Below are positions 25,451 through 34,116 of a stretch of 39,709 nt of DNA, one piece after another. Made by a program: the position numbers and the translations under genes. The notes below the pieces were generated by a model that had not been told where the DNA came from, made no database searches, and saw only the letters and a list, made by a program, of their open reading frames with translations. The DNA comes from Candidatus Fraserbacteria bacterium (GTDB lineage Bacteria > Bipolaricaulota > Bipolaricaulia > RBG-16-55-9 > DRXL01): NCBI GenBank assembly GCA_037441155.1, contig JBBISQ010000007.1:1-39709 (forward strand). Direction: 5' to 3'. How positions within the stretch are numbered: the stretch's first letter is position 1; the number at the start of each line of letters is the position of its first letter.

Positions 25451-26450
25451 AGACTATCGCGAGCACAATATCAAAGAGAGACTCTTCAGGGGAGCGCTCA
25501 CCCGTCTTAATGTTGACGTCTTCTTCGTGCAGGCGATGAATCAATGCAATGAGTTCTGTTTCTGAGAATTTTTGTGCCATCCGACGCTGCTTGCCCACGA
25601 GCCACACAAAGCGCCCCAGCTCCGCAGCGATCTCCTCACTGGATCTCTTCTGAGCGGCGAGCGAGTGCACCGCTAAGAGCCCGCGCACATGAGATGCAAG
25701 CATAAAGAAGATCTTGTTGGGGTCCTCGCCGGATTGAAGCAACTGACGAAGATACTTGACGCTCTGGGGGTTGCGCTCGCCGACCATGTCGAGAAATCGT
25801 AAAACGTTCTCGCTCTGGTCGCTGAAGAGCAACTCGCGCACCTCTGGGACATCCAGAACTGATGACCTCTCCCCCAGCCCCTCTCCTAAAGGGGGAGGGG
25901 CGTGCCCCCTTCCCTTCAGGGAAGGGGGATAAGGGGTTAGGTAGCACGCAAGCTTTTCTATCTCTCTGGCGAGTCGTGCCGGCTCCGGCTCGACTGCGTC
26001 CAAGAGATATGTGATCGCTGCGGGCGTCAGCCGGACTTTGTGCTCAGCGAGCAGCTCGCGTACCAGCTTTGGGAGACTCCGCCGGTCGGGCTTGGGAAAC
26101 TCCTCGATATGGCCGTGCGTGCTGAGAGTTTTATAGAGCTTGGAGCGCTTGTCGAGCTTCTCAGCATCGAAGATGAGCACCAGCGACTCCGACGGAGCGA
26201 TGCGCTCCGCAACCCGTTCCGGTTCAGGAATCTCATCAGCACGCCGCACGTACACGATCTTAGCTTCGTCGAAGAGCGATGCTCCGCTCACATGCTCCAA
26301 CAAGTGCGCGCCGGTCAACTCGCGCCCCTCAACGGAGATCACGGCGCGCTGGTGCCTCTGCTGCAACTGAGCGATCAGCTTTTTGGCCGCGCGCTCGCGC
26401 AAGTATGCGTCCCCTACGAACGCAAAGAGATTCTGCTCTTTTCTCTTCAT
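25440..26450 (-). CDS. holA: DNA polymerase III subunit delta
   Basis: About 336 aa. SLFDEAKIVYV, EIEKLACYL, and C-terminal ...FSETELIALIHRLHEEDVNIKTG fit HolA. Start ATG 26450 overlaps the stop of the upstream gene (ATGA). Contains the in-frame repeat at about 25865-25945. Confidence 0.8.
   Translation of the reverse strand: MKRKEQNLFAFVGDAYLRERAAKKLIAQLQQRHQRAVISVEGRELTGAHLLEHVSGASLFDEAKIVYVRRADEIPEPERVAERIAPSESLVLIFDAEKLDKRSKLYKTLSTHGHIEEFPKPDRRSLPKLVRELLAEHKVRLTPAAITYLLDAVEPEPARLAREIEKLACYLTPYPPSLKGRGHAPPPLGEGLGERSSVLDVPEVRELLFSDQSENVLRFLDMVGERNPQSVKYLRQLLQSGEDPNKIFFMLASHVRGLLAVHSLAAQKRSSEEIAAELGRFVWLVGKQRRMAQKFSETELIALIHRLHEEDVNIKTGERSPEESLFDIVLAIVSIP
25865..25945. repeat. tandem-hairpin C-tract/G-tract element (type 2), in frame within holA
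   Basis: GACCTCTCCCCCAGCCCCTC..., an imperfect hairpin at 25879-25901, and a perfect hairpin CCCCCTTCCC ttca GGGAAGGGGG (25906-25929). Colinear with 31712-31786. Translated as PPSLKGRGHAPPPLGEGLGERS. Confidence 0.8.
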
Positions 26451-27991
26451 CAGAAGAGCACTCCTACGCCGATCACCCACCCTCGGCGATTGTGCACTCC
26501 CGCGCTCAGCGTAAGATTTCTCGAGCGCACGCTGAGCCCGATCAACCCCGTCACATAGACTCTTTCTGTCTGGTAGCCGTTGGGCTTGACGACGACATCG
26601 AGCGCGTTCGATGGCGCTAAGGGCACCGCGATGTGCGCTTCCCTTTGGATCGCTATGCCCCCCGCAACGTCAACCCCCAGTCCACTGATGAGCGCTACCG
26701 AGAGCTTCCCGTAAAATTCTGTCTCCGGCCCCTCACGGTAGATCACAGTCGGTCCAAGGTCTGCAGGAGCGCCAATATCTTCGTATTCTGGGACGTCTTC
26801 GCCGGTCATCAAGAACGAGACGCCGAGGCTCACCGTCGTATTGCGTGGGGAGACTGTGAAGCCGAGATCCCCCCCAGCGCTCGGGATCTGTGCCGCGTTC
26901 CAGCCCCCGTTGAAGTTTAGCACGAGAGTTGGCTCTGGGCGTATAGGGGGCAGAACGGGGGGCGAGGTCGGCGGGAGAGGGGGTATGGGGGGAGAGGGGG
27001 GTATGCCAAGCGGTCGCAGAGTCGCTTCGAGAGTTATATCAGAATCGCCTTTGAGTTCAAGAGTCTGCGCCCAGCTTTCGTATCCCTCTGCGGTGACGAC
27101 GACGCGGTAGCGCCCCGGCGCGACCTCGAGGGTGAGAGGGGTCTTGCCCGCGTAAGCGTTGTCGAGAAAGACGTCGGCATCGTTGGGCTCAGAGACGATA
27201 CGCAGCCGCGCGGTGCGCCCTAGGGATCGAAAGGGCGAGCTGGGCACCAAGTGTGCTTCCAAGGTGATCTCTGAGCTTTGCTTGAGATCAACAGTTCGAG
27301 ACCATTCTTCGTAGCCGAAGCGTGAGAGCGTCACACGATAGCGTCCGGGGGTGAGCGTGATCTCGAGGGGAGTCGGCCCCATCACGACCCCGTTGATAGA
27401 GACGAGAGCGCCGGAAGGCTCGGAGAGAACCCGTAAGCGCGCTAGGGGGTGAGCGATCTGAAAGCATGTCCACGCGGCGGCCCACCCACTGGTGCTCACG
27501 GAACCGACGATCAAGCCCTGCATCAGAGTTTTAAATTCTTGGGGATTCTGACTGAGCAACGGGAACGGGTTCTGGGGTGTAAGCTTTCCTTGGGGGATGA
27601 GCTGTTCCAGCGCCAGCGGCGCAGCCAGTGCCAACACTTGAATACACTCAAGCCCCGTAGGGGGGGAGATCACAAAACTGTATCGCTGGTTGGGGATGGT
27701 GTGCGTGCCGGCCTTGAGAAAGTTAACCGGCTGATAGGCATTAGGGAAGAGCAGATTCACTCGTCGGTCAGGCGTGATATTATAGATATAGACGTACGAG
27801 TCTTGGTTGAGGGCGATGGTCAAGCGCAGTTTATCTTGGGGAGCGTACGAGGTTCTATCCAAGCCGAGCTGGATAGCCAACGGAGTCTGGGCGGGCTGAA
27901 CGATGATCCCCTCGGGGATGGGCTGCTGTTGCTGGGCTGCCCCTATCATGCTGACGACTGCTATCCCTACAAATACACTGAGTCGGCGCAT
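26450..27991 (-). CDS. secreted DUF4384-like / 2x PEGA domain protein with Pro-rich linker and C-terminal beta-barrel-like domain
   Basis: Signal peptide MRRLSVFVGIAVVSMIGAAQQ. DSYVYIYNITPDRRVNLLFPN (DUF4384-like). Two PEGA repeats (LRVLSEPSGALVSINGV.MGPTPL..TL.PGRYRV and LRIVSEPNDADVFLDNAYAGKTPL). PPSPPIPPLPPTSPPVLPP linker. Ends ...GVGVLF. The ORF-track N-terminal extension to 28300 is rejected. Confidence 0.8.
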   Translation of the reverse strand: MRRLSVFVGIAVVSMIGAAQQQQPIPEGIIVQPAQTPLAIQLGLDRTSYAPQDKLRLTIALNQDSYVYIYNITPDRRVNLLFPNAYQPVNFLKAGTHTIPNQRYSFVISPPTGLECIQVLALAAPLALEQLIPQGKLTPQNPFPLLSQNPQEFKTLMQGLIVGSVSTSGWAAAWTCFQIAHPLARLRVLSEPSGALVSINGVVMGPTPLEITLTPGRYRVTLSRFGYEEWSRTVDLKQSSEITLEAHLVPSSPFRSLGRTARLRIVSEPNDADVFLDNAYAGKTPLTLEVAPGRYRVVVTAEGYESWAQTLELKGDSDITLEATLRPLGIPPSPPIPPLPPTSPPVLPPIRPEPTLVLNFNGGWNAAQIPSAGGDLGFTVSPRNTTVSLGVSFLMTGEDVPEYEDIGAPADLGPTVIYREGPETEFYGKLSVALISGLGVDVAGGIAIQREAHIAVPLAPSNALDVVVKPNGYQTERVYVTGLIGLSVRSRNLTLSAGVHNRRGWVIGVGVLF

Positions 27992-28041
27992 AGCTATCAC
28001 CCCTGATAGTATAAACGAGACTGGGGGGGTTTGGAAATCCG

Positions 28042-28070
28042 TTGACAACCAGTACCCGCACGGATAGATT
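28042..28070 (+). promoter_or_regulatory. candidate promoter of the EamA transporter gene
   Basis: TTGACA (28042-28047), 17 nt, TAGATT (28065-28070). A second TATAAT lies at 28076-28081. GTG start at 28089, so the leader is very short or absent. Confidence 0.45.
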
Positions 28071-28088
28071 TGCGCTATAATCGCCGTC

Positions 28089-28976
28089 GTGAGGAAAGAT
28101 TCTGAGCGAAGAGTCGAGCTCTTGCTGGTGCTCGTCGTTCTCATCTGGGGGGCCAACTTTATCGTTATGAAATCAGTCTTTCGAGAGCTGTCCCCGCTGG
28201 CGTTCAATGCTCTCCGCATGACCTTGGCCGCTGTGGTGCTGGGAGCTATCTGGCTCCTACGCGAGCGAAAGCTCACTATGCCCCCAAGCGATTGGCTCAA
28301 GCTCTGGGGAGTGGGACTCTTGGGAAATGCCGTCTATCAAGTCTTCTTCGTCATAGGGCTCGACCTGACGACCTCGAGCATCTCGTCGTTTCTCATTGGG
28401 ACGATCCCCGTGTGGGCGGCGCTCTTGGCTACTGTGTTGGGCTGGGAGCAGATCACCAGACAGGCATGGCTTGGCATCGGCATGGCGTTTGCAGGAGTGA
28501 CGCTTATTACGCTCGGCTCTCCCAACGATCCCGCGCAAGCCCGAGACCCTCTTATTGGAAACGGGCTCACGCTGCTGGCGGCCATTGCTTGGGCGGGCTA
28601 CACTGTTCTATCCAAAGACCTGCTCACGAGATACTCACCGTTGCGTGTAGCTGCTGTCGGCTTGCTCTTGGGAGTTCCGGGCCTGTGGCCCTTTGCTGTG
28701 CTTGAGCTCCACGCTGTGCGCTGGGAGAAGCTATCTCTGTTCGTGTGGGGCAGCGTGCTCTACACCGGGCTCTTCCCCATCGCTTTAGCATATCTCATCT
28801 GGTCTTACGGCATTCAAAAGATTGGCGCGGCACGCACGGCGGTCTTTAATAACTTAGTCCCCGTCGTGACCCTTGCTCTGGCTTCCCTTGTGCTGCGCGA
28901 GCCCATCACGTGGCTGCAAATTCTCGGAGGGGGCGTCATCTTGCTGGGAGTGTGGCAGACGATCAAAAAGAGATAG
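28089..28976 (+). CDS. EamA/DMT family transporter
   Basis: Ten hydrophobic segments and two EamA repeats (VLIWGANFIVMK..., IAWAGYTVLSK...). Confidence 0.85.
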   Translation: MRKDSERRVELLLVLVVLIWGANFIVMKSVFRELSPLAFNALRMTLAAVVLGAIWLLRERKLTMPPSDWLKLWGVGLLGNAVYQVFFVIGLDLTTSSISSFLIGTIPVWAALLATVLGWEQITRQAWLGIGMAFAGVTLITLGSPNDPAQARDPLIGNGLTLLAAIAWAGYTVLSKDLLTRYSPLRVAAVGLLLGVPGLWPFAVLELHAVRWEKLSLFVWGSVLYTGLFPIALAYLIWSYGIQKIGAARTAVFNNLVPVVTLALASLVLREPITWLQILGGGVILLGVWQTIKKR

Positions 28977-28997
28977 GGGCGCGGGATGCCGCGCCCC
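28976..28997. terminator. GC-rich hairpin between convergent eamA and gdh
   Basis: GGGGCGCGG gatg CCGCGCCCC. On the minus strand it is followed by CTATCTCTTTTTG, so it most plausibly terminates the gdh operon. It overlaps the eamA stop codon. Confidence 0.7.
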
Positions 28998-29009
28998 ATA
29001 ACTGTTCAT

Positions 29010-30287
29010 TTATGCGTACAGCCCACGAGCTCGTGCAGCCTCCGCAACACGTGACACAGCCGTCATGAACGCGGCCGTGCGCATGTCGACCTTCTCTTTG
29101 AGATGCATCGCCAGGACGCGCTTGAACGCCTCGGTCATAAAGAGCTTGAGACGTTCGTCAACCCTCTCCGCATCCCAGAAATAGCGATAGCGATCTTGCA
29201 CCCACTCGAAATACGAGACCGTCACCCCGCCAGCGTTCGCGAGAATATCAGGGATGACGAAGATGCCGCGCTCGTGTAGGATCGCGTCGGCCTCTTGGGT
29301 CGTCGGGCCGTTGGCCAGCTCACAGATGATCTTGGCCTTCACGTGAGGAGCGTTGCGCTCATGCAGTTGGTCTTCCAAAGCCGAGGGCGCCAAGATATCG
29401 CACTTCAGCTCCAACAGCTCTTCGTTGGTGATCTTCTCTGCGCCTTTGAAGCCCACGACCGTGCCTGTCTCCTTCTTGAACGCTAAGACGGCCTTGGGAT
29501 CGAGGCCCTTGCTGTTGTAGATGCCGCCACGAGAATCGCTGACCGCGATCACTTTTGCTCCGGCCTCGTGCACGAACTGGGCATAGTACGAGCCAGCATT
29601 CCCATAGCCTTGAATAGCTACGGTGGCTCCCTCAAGCTTCATCTTCAAGTGATCAACGGCCTCGAGGGTGCAGAAGAAGCCGCCACGAGCCGTGGCCGTC
29701 TCGCGTCCTACTGATCCCCCTAAGAGCAGCGGCTTGCCGGTGACAAGACCGGGGAGAAACTCGCCGTTCCTGTGCATGCTGATCGTGTCGACGATCCAGG
29801 CCATCTCTCGCGCGCTCGTATACACATCGGGCGCGGGAATGTCCACATCTGGACCGATGATCGGCGAGATCTCTGCTGCGTAGCGCCGCGTGAGCCGCTC
29901 GATCTCCCCCACGGACATCTCCTTGGGGTTGCACTTGACGCCGCCCTTGGCCCCGCTAAACGGCAGCCCCGCGACGGCACACTTCCAGTTCATAAGCACC
30001 GCGAGGGCTTCGACCTCCTCAAGGGTCGTGTCAGGGTGATAGCGAATCCCACCTTTGCCTGGCCCCAAGACTGGGTGGCACTGCACGCGATAGCCCTCAA
30101 AACTCACGGTGCGCCCATCGTCCATGCGCACCGGAAAGTTGACGATCAGTTTGCGCTTCGGATAGCGCAACAACTCCACCAAGCTGTCTTCCAGCTTGAG
30201 CTTGCTTGCAGCTACGTCGAAGAAGCACCGTGCGGTCTTGAGCATCTTCAGCTCGCCTTCCCGTTTGGCCTCTACTGTCGTTGCCAT
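29010..30287 (-). CDS. gdhA: Glu/Leu/Phe/Val dehydrogenase family, glutamate dehydrogenase
   Basis: GPGKGGIRYHP, the catalytic-Lys region LPFSGAKGGV, and the Rossmann motif VAIQGYGNAGS. 425 aa. GGAGG ribosome site. Confidence 0.93.
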   Translation of the reverse strand: MATTVEAKREGELKMLKTARCFFDVAASKLKLEDSLVELLRYPKRKLIVNFPVRMDDGRTVSFEGYRVQCHPVLGPGKGGIRYHPDTTLEEVEALAVLMNWKCAVAGLPFSGAKGGVKCNPKEMSVGEIERLTRRYAAEISPIIGPDVDIPAPDVYTSAREMAWIVDTISMHRNGEFLPGLVTGKPLLLGGSVGRETATARGGFFCTLEAVDHLKMKLEGATVAIQGYGNAGSYYAQFVHEAGAKVIAVSDSRGGIYNSKGLDPKAVLAFKKETGTVVGFKGAEKITNEELLELKCDILAPSALEDQLHERNAPHVKAKIICELANGPTTQEADAILHERGIFVIPDILANAGGVTVSYFEWVQDRYRYFWDAERVDERLKLFMTEAFKRVLAMHLKEKVDMRTAAFMTAVSRVAEAARARGLYA

Positions 30288-30290
30288 AGA

Positions 30291-30845
30291 TCAGACCTCC
30301 TTTGTCTGTTTCGTTCGTGTGGCTAACTGATGACCGACGTCCAAAGCGCGTAGGTTCTGCTCTCGGAACTTCGCAGGCGTGCGCTGCTCGACTGCTCTGT
30401 GCAAGCTCTCCCACGAGACGAGCTCCGCCAAGGCGTTCAGAGCTCCCAAGGCAACTATATTGGCAACTAACTTGTTCCCGACGTGCTCGACAGCGCTGCG
30501 TACGAACGGCAACTTATAGATATTATCTCTCTCGACCGACGGCACTTGCACGTGCGTCGAGTCTACCAAGACCAACGTGTGTTCATCCACCGCTGCAAAG
30601 TATTTGTCGAACGCATCTTGGGAAAGACAGAGCAAAACATCGGGCTGGGTCACCTGAGGGTACGCGATCTTCTCCGTAGAGATGATGACTTCGGCCTTGC
30701 TCGCTCCTAAGCGCGCCTCCGGGCCGTAGCTCTGGGCGACCGCCACGTTCTTGCCGTCGCGCATCGCCGCTTCGGCTAAGATAATCCCCGCCAAGACCAA
30801 CCCCTGCCCCCCAGCCCCACTGAGCTGAATCTGCTTAACGGCCAT
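30291..30845 (-). CDS. 2-oxoacid:ferredoxin oxidoreductase gamma subunit (Oor/Kor-type set)
   Basis: LSGAGGQGLVLAGIILAEAA start. 184 aa. Last gene of a delta-alpha-beta-gamma set. Confidence 0.85.
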   Translation of the reverse strand: MAVKQIQLSGAGGQGLVLAGIILAEAAMRDGKNVAVAQSYGPEARLGASKAEVIISTEKIAYPQVTQPDVLLCLSQDAFDKYFAAVDEHTLVLVDSTHVQVPSVERDNIYKLPFVRSAVEHVGNKLVANIVALGALNALAELVSWESLHRAVEQRTPAKFREQNLRALDVGHQLATRTKQTKEV

Positions 30846-30851
30846 TCATCT

Positions 30852-31676
30852 TCACCTGCTGGCCTTGCCTTGCACCTGCGCAATGAGCCGATAATAGCTT
30901 TCTACGAACTCCGGGCGCTCCTCACGATGCAGCTCGCCGATCACTATTTTATCAGCTCGTTCCTCTTCGGTCAGCCCCTCCCATTCCTCGAGAGAGACTG
31001 TATGCTCTTTCAGAGAGTGCAACATCTCGTACGGGTCACGTAAATCGTTGAGTCGTCCATAATACGTGGGACAGTGCGTGAGCACCTCGATCACGGAAAA
31101 CCCCTTATGGGCAATCCCGCGTTCAATGAATTTTACCATATCGGGGAAATCGAAGCTCGTGGTGCGCGCGACATACGTGGCTCCGGCGGCTATCGCCAAT
31201 CGCGCGATATCAAAGGGGTGTTCTAAATTTCCATACGGGCTGGTCGTGCTCTTCTTGTGAGGGGGGGTCGTCGGGGCGACCTGCCCGCCCGTCTGCCCAT
31301 AGATCGAGTTGTTATAAATAATCGCAGTCATGTCAACGTTTCTCCGACAGGCGTGAATGAAATGATTCCCCCCGATGCCAATAGCATCGCCATCGCCGAG
31401 GGTGAGCACGACGGTAAGCTGAGGGCGGACCAGCTTCAGCCCTGTGGCAAAGACGACGGCGCGCCCGTGGGTTGTGTGCATGGCGTCCATATTGAAGAGG
31501 AACGCCGTGCGCCCAGAGCAGCCGATCCCGCCGACGACCACAGTTTGAGTAGGGTCAAGCTCCATCTTGGCCATGGCGCAGGCGAGGGCGTGGGTGATCA
31601 TGCCGTGCCCGCAACCGGGACACCATACATGAGGCAACTTCTCCAGTCTCAGGTACTCTTGAAAATTATAGGTCAT
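30852..31676 (-). CDS. 2-oxoacid:ferredoxin oxidoreductase beta subunit (TPP-binding; Oor/Kor-type set)
   Basis: HVWCPGCGHG, GGIGCSGR, LGDGDAIGIGGNH (TPP motif). 274 aa. Confidence 0.88.
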   Translation of the reverse strand: MTYNFQEYLRLEKLPHVWCPGCGHGMITHALACAMAKMELDPTQTVVVGGIGCSGRTAFLFNMDAMHTTHGRAVVFATGLKLVRPQLTVVLTLGDGDAIGIGGNHFIHACRRNVDMTAIIYNNSIYGQTGGQVAPTTPPHKKSTTSPYGNLEHPFDIARLAIAAGATYVARTTSFDFPDMVKFIERGIAHKGFSVIEVLTHCPTYYGRLNDLRDPYEMLHSLKEHTVSLEEWEGLTEEERADKIVIGELHREERPEFVESYYRLIAQVQGKASR

Positions 31677-32920
31677 AGCTTGCTCCCTTCCCCCTCATCC
31701 CTCCGCTCCCCGACCTCTCCCCTAGCCCCTCCCCTCAAGAGGGAGGGGAGCCCCTTCTCTTTAGAGAAGGGGGTAGGGGTAGATCCAAGCTGGGGCTGAT
31801 GGTGAGATCGTACCCGATCGTGCACGCGCTGTATAATCTGCTGCGGTGTGATCAACGAGCCGTCTACTCGCCCCAAGTGCTCGACCACAGCTCGTCCACC
31901 CACGGCACGCTCGACCTCTCGAACAAGCTGCCCCAAGTTGAGCTCCGGGACGAGCAGATACCGAGCGTGCTCTGCGCACGAGCGAATGAGATGATCTGGG
32001 AATGGCCAGAGGGTCTTCAGATCGAGCCATCCCACCGCCAGCCCGCCCTCCCGCATCAAGCGTACTGCTTCTTCGACGGCCCGGCTCGTGATACCATAAC
32101 TGACGATCACGACATCAGCATCGTCTACAAAGCGGGCACGATAGAGAGCGAGCTCGTGGGCACGGCTTTCGATCTTCGCCACGATCCTCTGGAGTTGTTG
32201 AGCAGCCTTCTGGCCCTGCGCAGGAAAGCCCAGCTCATCATGGGACATCCCGGTGACCATCAGTCGGCCGCCCTCGCCGAAGTTCACCATAGTTTCATCA
32301 CAGAACGGCTTAAATCCCTCGAGGCGTTCGGGGCGGCGTCGGGAGACGACTTCCAATTCCCCAGGCTCAGGCAAGATCACGTTCTCGCGCAAGTGCGCCA
32401 GGACTTCATCTAACAATAAGATAACCGGCACACGGTATTTTTCGGCAAGATTGAACGCCTGGACGGTCATCTCGAAGACCTCGCGCACCCACGATGCTGT
32501 CAACACGATGACGGGATGATCCCCGTGGGTGCCCCAGCGGGCCTGCATCACGTCGCCTTGAGAGGCTTTGGTCGGCTGTCCCGTGCTGGGTCCGCCGCGC
32601 TGGGCATCCACAATCACGCACGGGGTCTCGGTGATGGCGGCGTAGCCAATGCTCTCTTGCATGAGCGAGAACCCCGGCCCGCTCGTCGCTGTCATCGCTT
32701 TGGCTCCGCCCCATGACGCCCCGATGACAGCCGAGATCGAGGCGATCTCGTCCTCCATCTGAAGACAGATGCCGCCGACCTTGGGCAGCTCTCGCGCGAG
32801 ATACTCCATGATCTCGCTGCTGGGGGTGATGGGATACCCCGCGAAGAAGCGACACCCGGCGTAGATCGCGCCGCGAGCGCAGGCTTCGTTCCCCTGAACA
32901 AGCTCCGGTTCCCTAGGCAA
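31673..32920 (-). CDS. 2-oxoacid:ferredoxin oxidoreductase alpha subunit (Oor/Kor-type set) with a repeat-derived C-terminal tail
   Basis: GNEACARGAIYAGCRFFAGYPITPSSEI and TATSGPGFSLM. The last ~45 aa (STPTPFSKEKGLPSLLRGGARGEVGERRDEGEGSKL) are encoded by the repeat. Stop overlaps the beta-subunit ATG (ATGA). Confidence 0.88.
   Translation of the reverse strand: MPREPELVQGNEACARGAIYAGCRFFAGYPITPSSEIMEYLARELPKVGGICLQMEDEIASISAVIGASWGGAKAMTATSGPGFSLMQESIGYAAITETPCVIVDAQRGGPSTGQPTKASQGDVMQARWGTHGDHPVIVLTASWVREVFEMTVQAFNLAEKYRVPVILLLDEVLAHLRENVILPEPGELEVVSRRRPERLEGFKPFCDETMVNFGEGGRLMVTGMSHDELGFPAQGQKAAQQLQRIVAKIESRAHELALYRARFVDDADVVIVSYGITSRAVEEAVRLMREGGLAVGWLDLKTLWPFPDHLIRSCAEHARYLLVPELNLGQLVREVERAVGGRAVVEHLGRVDGSLITPQQIIQRVHDRVRSHHQPQLGSTPTPFSKEKGLPSLLRGGARGEVGERRDEGEGSKL
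31685..31790. repeat. composite C-tract/G-tract element (type 2 core plus a type-1-like arm) forming the 3' end of the alpha-subunit gene
   Basis: 31712-31786 is colinear with 25865-25945, and the first 20 nt differ at one position. Hairpins CCCCTCCCCT.../...GGGAGGGG and CCCCTTCT cttt AGAAGGGG. The upstream arm CCCCCTCATCCCTC resembles the type-1 arm. Confidence 0.8.
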
Positions 32921-32931
32921 ACTCGGCTCCT

Positions 32932-33171
32932 TTACACTAGCGACGGCTGCACTATCGCGCTTCTATCTTTATGAATCCAGATGGCAAAGTCCGGGCACCT
33001 CTGCTCACAAATGCCGCAGAAGACACACCGAGCGATCTGGGCGACGTCAACCTTCCCCTCAGCGGTAAGCACTAACACCCCGGCAGGGCAGCTCTGGATG
33101 CACACGCCGCACCCTTTACACCGCCGGGGCTCAATGGCTAAGAAGAAGTTTCCTTGCTCATAGCGCTTCAT
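32932..33171 (-). CDS. 2-oxoacid:ferredoxin oxidoreductase delta subunit (2x[4Fe-4S] ferredoxin)
   Basis: CKGCGVCIQSCP and CVFCGICEQRCP. 79 aa. Confidence 0.85.
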   Translation of the reverse strand: MKRYEQGNFFLAIEPRRCKGCGVCIQSCPAGVLVLTAEGKVDVAQIARCVFCGICEQRCPDFAIWIHKDRSAIVQPSLV

Positions 33172-33177
33172 GAGGGA

Positions 33178-34116
33178 TCACCCTTCACACCGACGGAGCA
33201 GCTTCTCCCAATCTTCGTCCACCTGGCGCTGGATCTGCGCCAAGAGCTCTTCGTTGCCCTGCTCAAACAGATGGCTAAAGCGCCGCTGCAAGCGTAGCCA
33301 CTCCGTGATCGGGCGCTTCTCTTCTGGAATGTAATTGATACGCCAGCGACCGTCAACGATCTCGTACAGGGGCCAGTAGCAGGTCTCCACGGCAAGATGG
33401 GCGATCTTGACGCTCTGATCGGAGGGGTGGCCCCAGCCGCGCGGGCAGGTCGAGAGCACGTTGAGGAACGATGCCCCCGGGGCAGCGGCAGCCTTGCGCG
33501 CCTTCACCGCGAGATCGTACCAATCGCTAATAGATGCTTGGGCAACATAGGGAATGTGATGAGCTGCGACGATCTCTGTTAAGTCTTTGCGGCGCTGCGG
33601 CTTGCCGAAGCTCTTCTCGCCCACGGGAGCTGTGCTCGTCTGGGCCGCAAAGGGCGTCGCTCCCGAACGCTGATTGCCCGTGTTCATATACGCCTCGTTG
33701 TCGTAGCAAACATAGAGAAATCTATGGCCGCGCTCTAAAGCGCCGGAGAGCGCTTGCAGGCCGATGTCATAGGTGCCGCCGTCGCCGCCGAACGCGACAA
33801 ACCGAATCTCTTTGGAGACTTTGCCCCGGCGGCGCAAGGCCCGATAAGCCGTCTCCACCCCGCTGGCAACGGCCGCAGCGTTCTCGAAGGCCACGTGAAT
33901 CCACGGGACGTTCCACGCCGTCGTGGGGTACCGCGTCGTCGCGACCTCTAAGCACCCTGTCGCGTTAATGACCACCACCGGCTCTTCAATGGCATTGAGA
34001 ATTGTGCGCACGCAGACGGGAACTCCACACCCCGCGCATAGGGCGTGAGCCCCCGTGAACCGCTTCGCTGCTTCCTCATGGCGCGCAAGCTCTTTCGTGT
34101 TGGGCACAAAGATCAC
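33178..34116 (-). CDS. pyruvate/2-ketoisovalerate-type ferredoxin oxidoreductase beta subunit
   Basis: CAGCG, TGCLEV, GGDGGTYDIGLQ (TPP motif). 312 aa. Last gene of a gamma-delta-alpha-beta set. Confidence 0.88.
   Translation of the reverse strand: MIFVPNTKELARHEEAAKRFTGAHALCAGCGVPVCVRTILNAIEEPVVVINATGCLEVATTRYPTTAWNVPWIHVAFENAAAVASGVETAYRALRRRGKVSKEIRFVAFGGDGGTYDIGLQALSGALERGHRFLYVCYDNEAYMNTGNQRSGATPFAAQTSTAPVGEKSFGKPQRRKDLTEIVAAHHIPYVAQASISDWYDLAVKARKAAAAPGASFLNVLSTCPRGWGHPSDQSVKIAHLAVETCYWPLYEIVDGRWRINYIPEEKRPITEWLRLQRRFSHLFEQGNEELLAQIQRQVDEDWEKLLRRCEG

Noticed and set aside
27992-28300. N-terminal 103-aa extension of the PEGA protein ORF (track start 28300)
   Set aside because: It overlaps the eamA gene and both intergenic promoters. 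A canonical signal peptide starts at MRRLSVFVG (ATG 27991), preceded by AGGGGTGA.
25865-31790. Could the C-tract/G-tract repeats be a CRISPR array or its remnants?
   Set aside because: The copies are single, kilobases apart, embedded in ORFs and internally palindromic. There is no regular repeat-spacer periodicity, and no cas genes are in the window.
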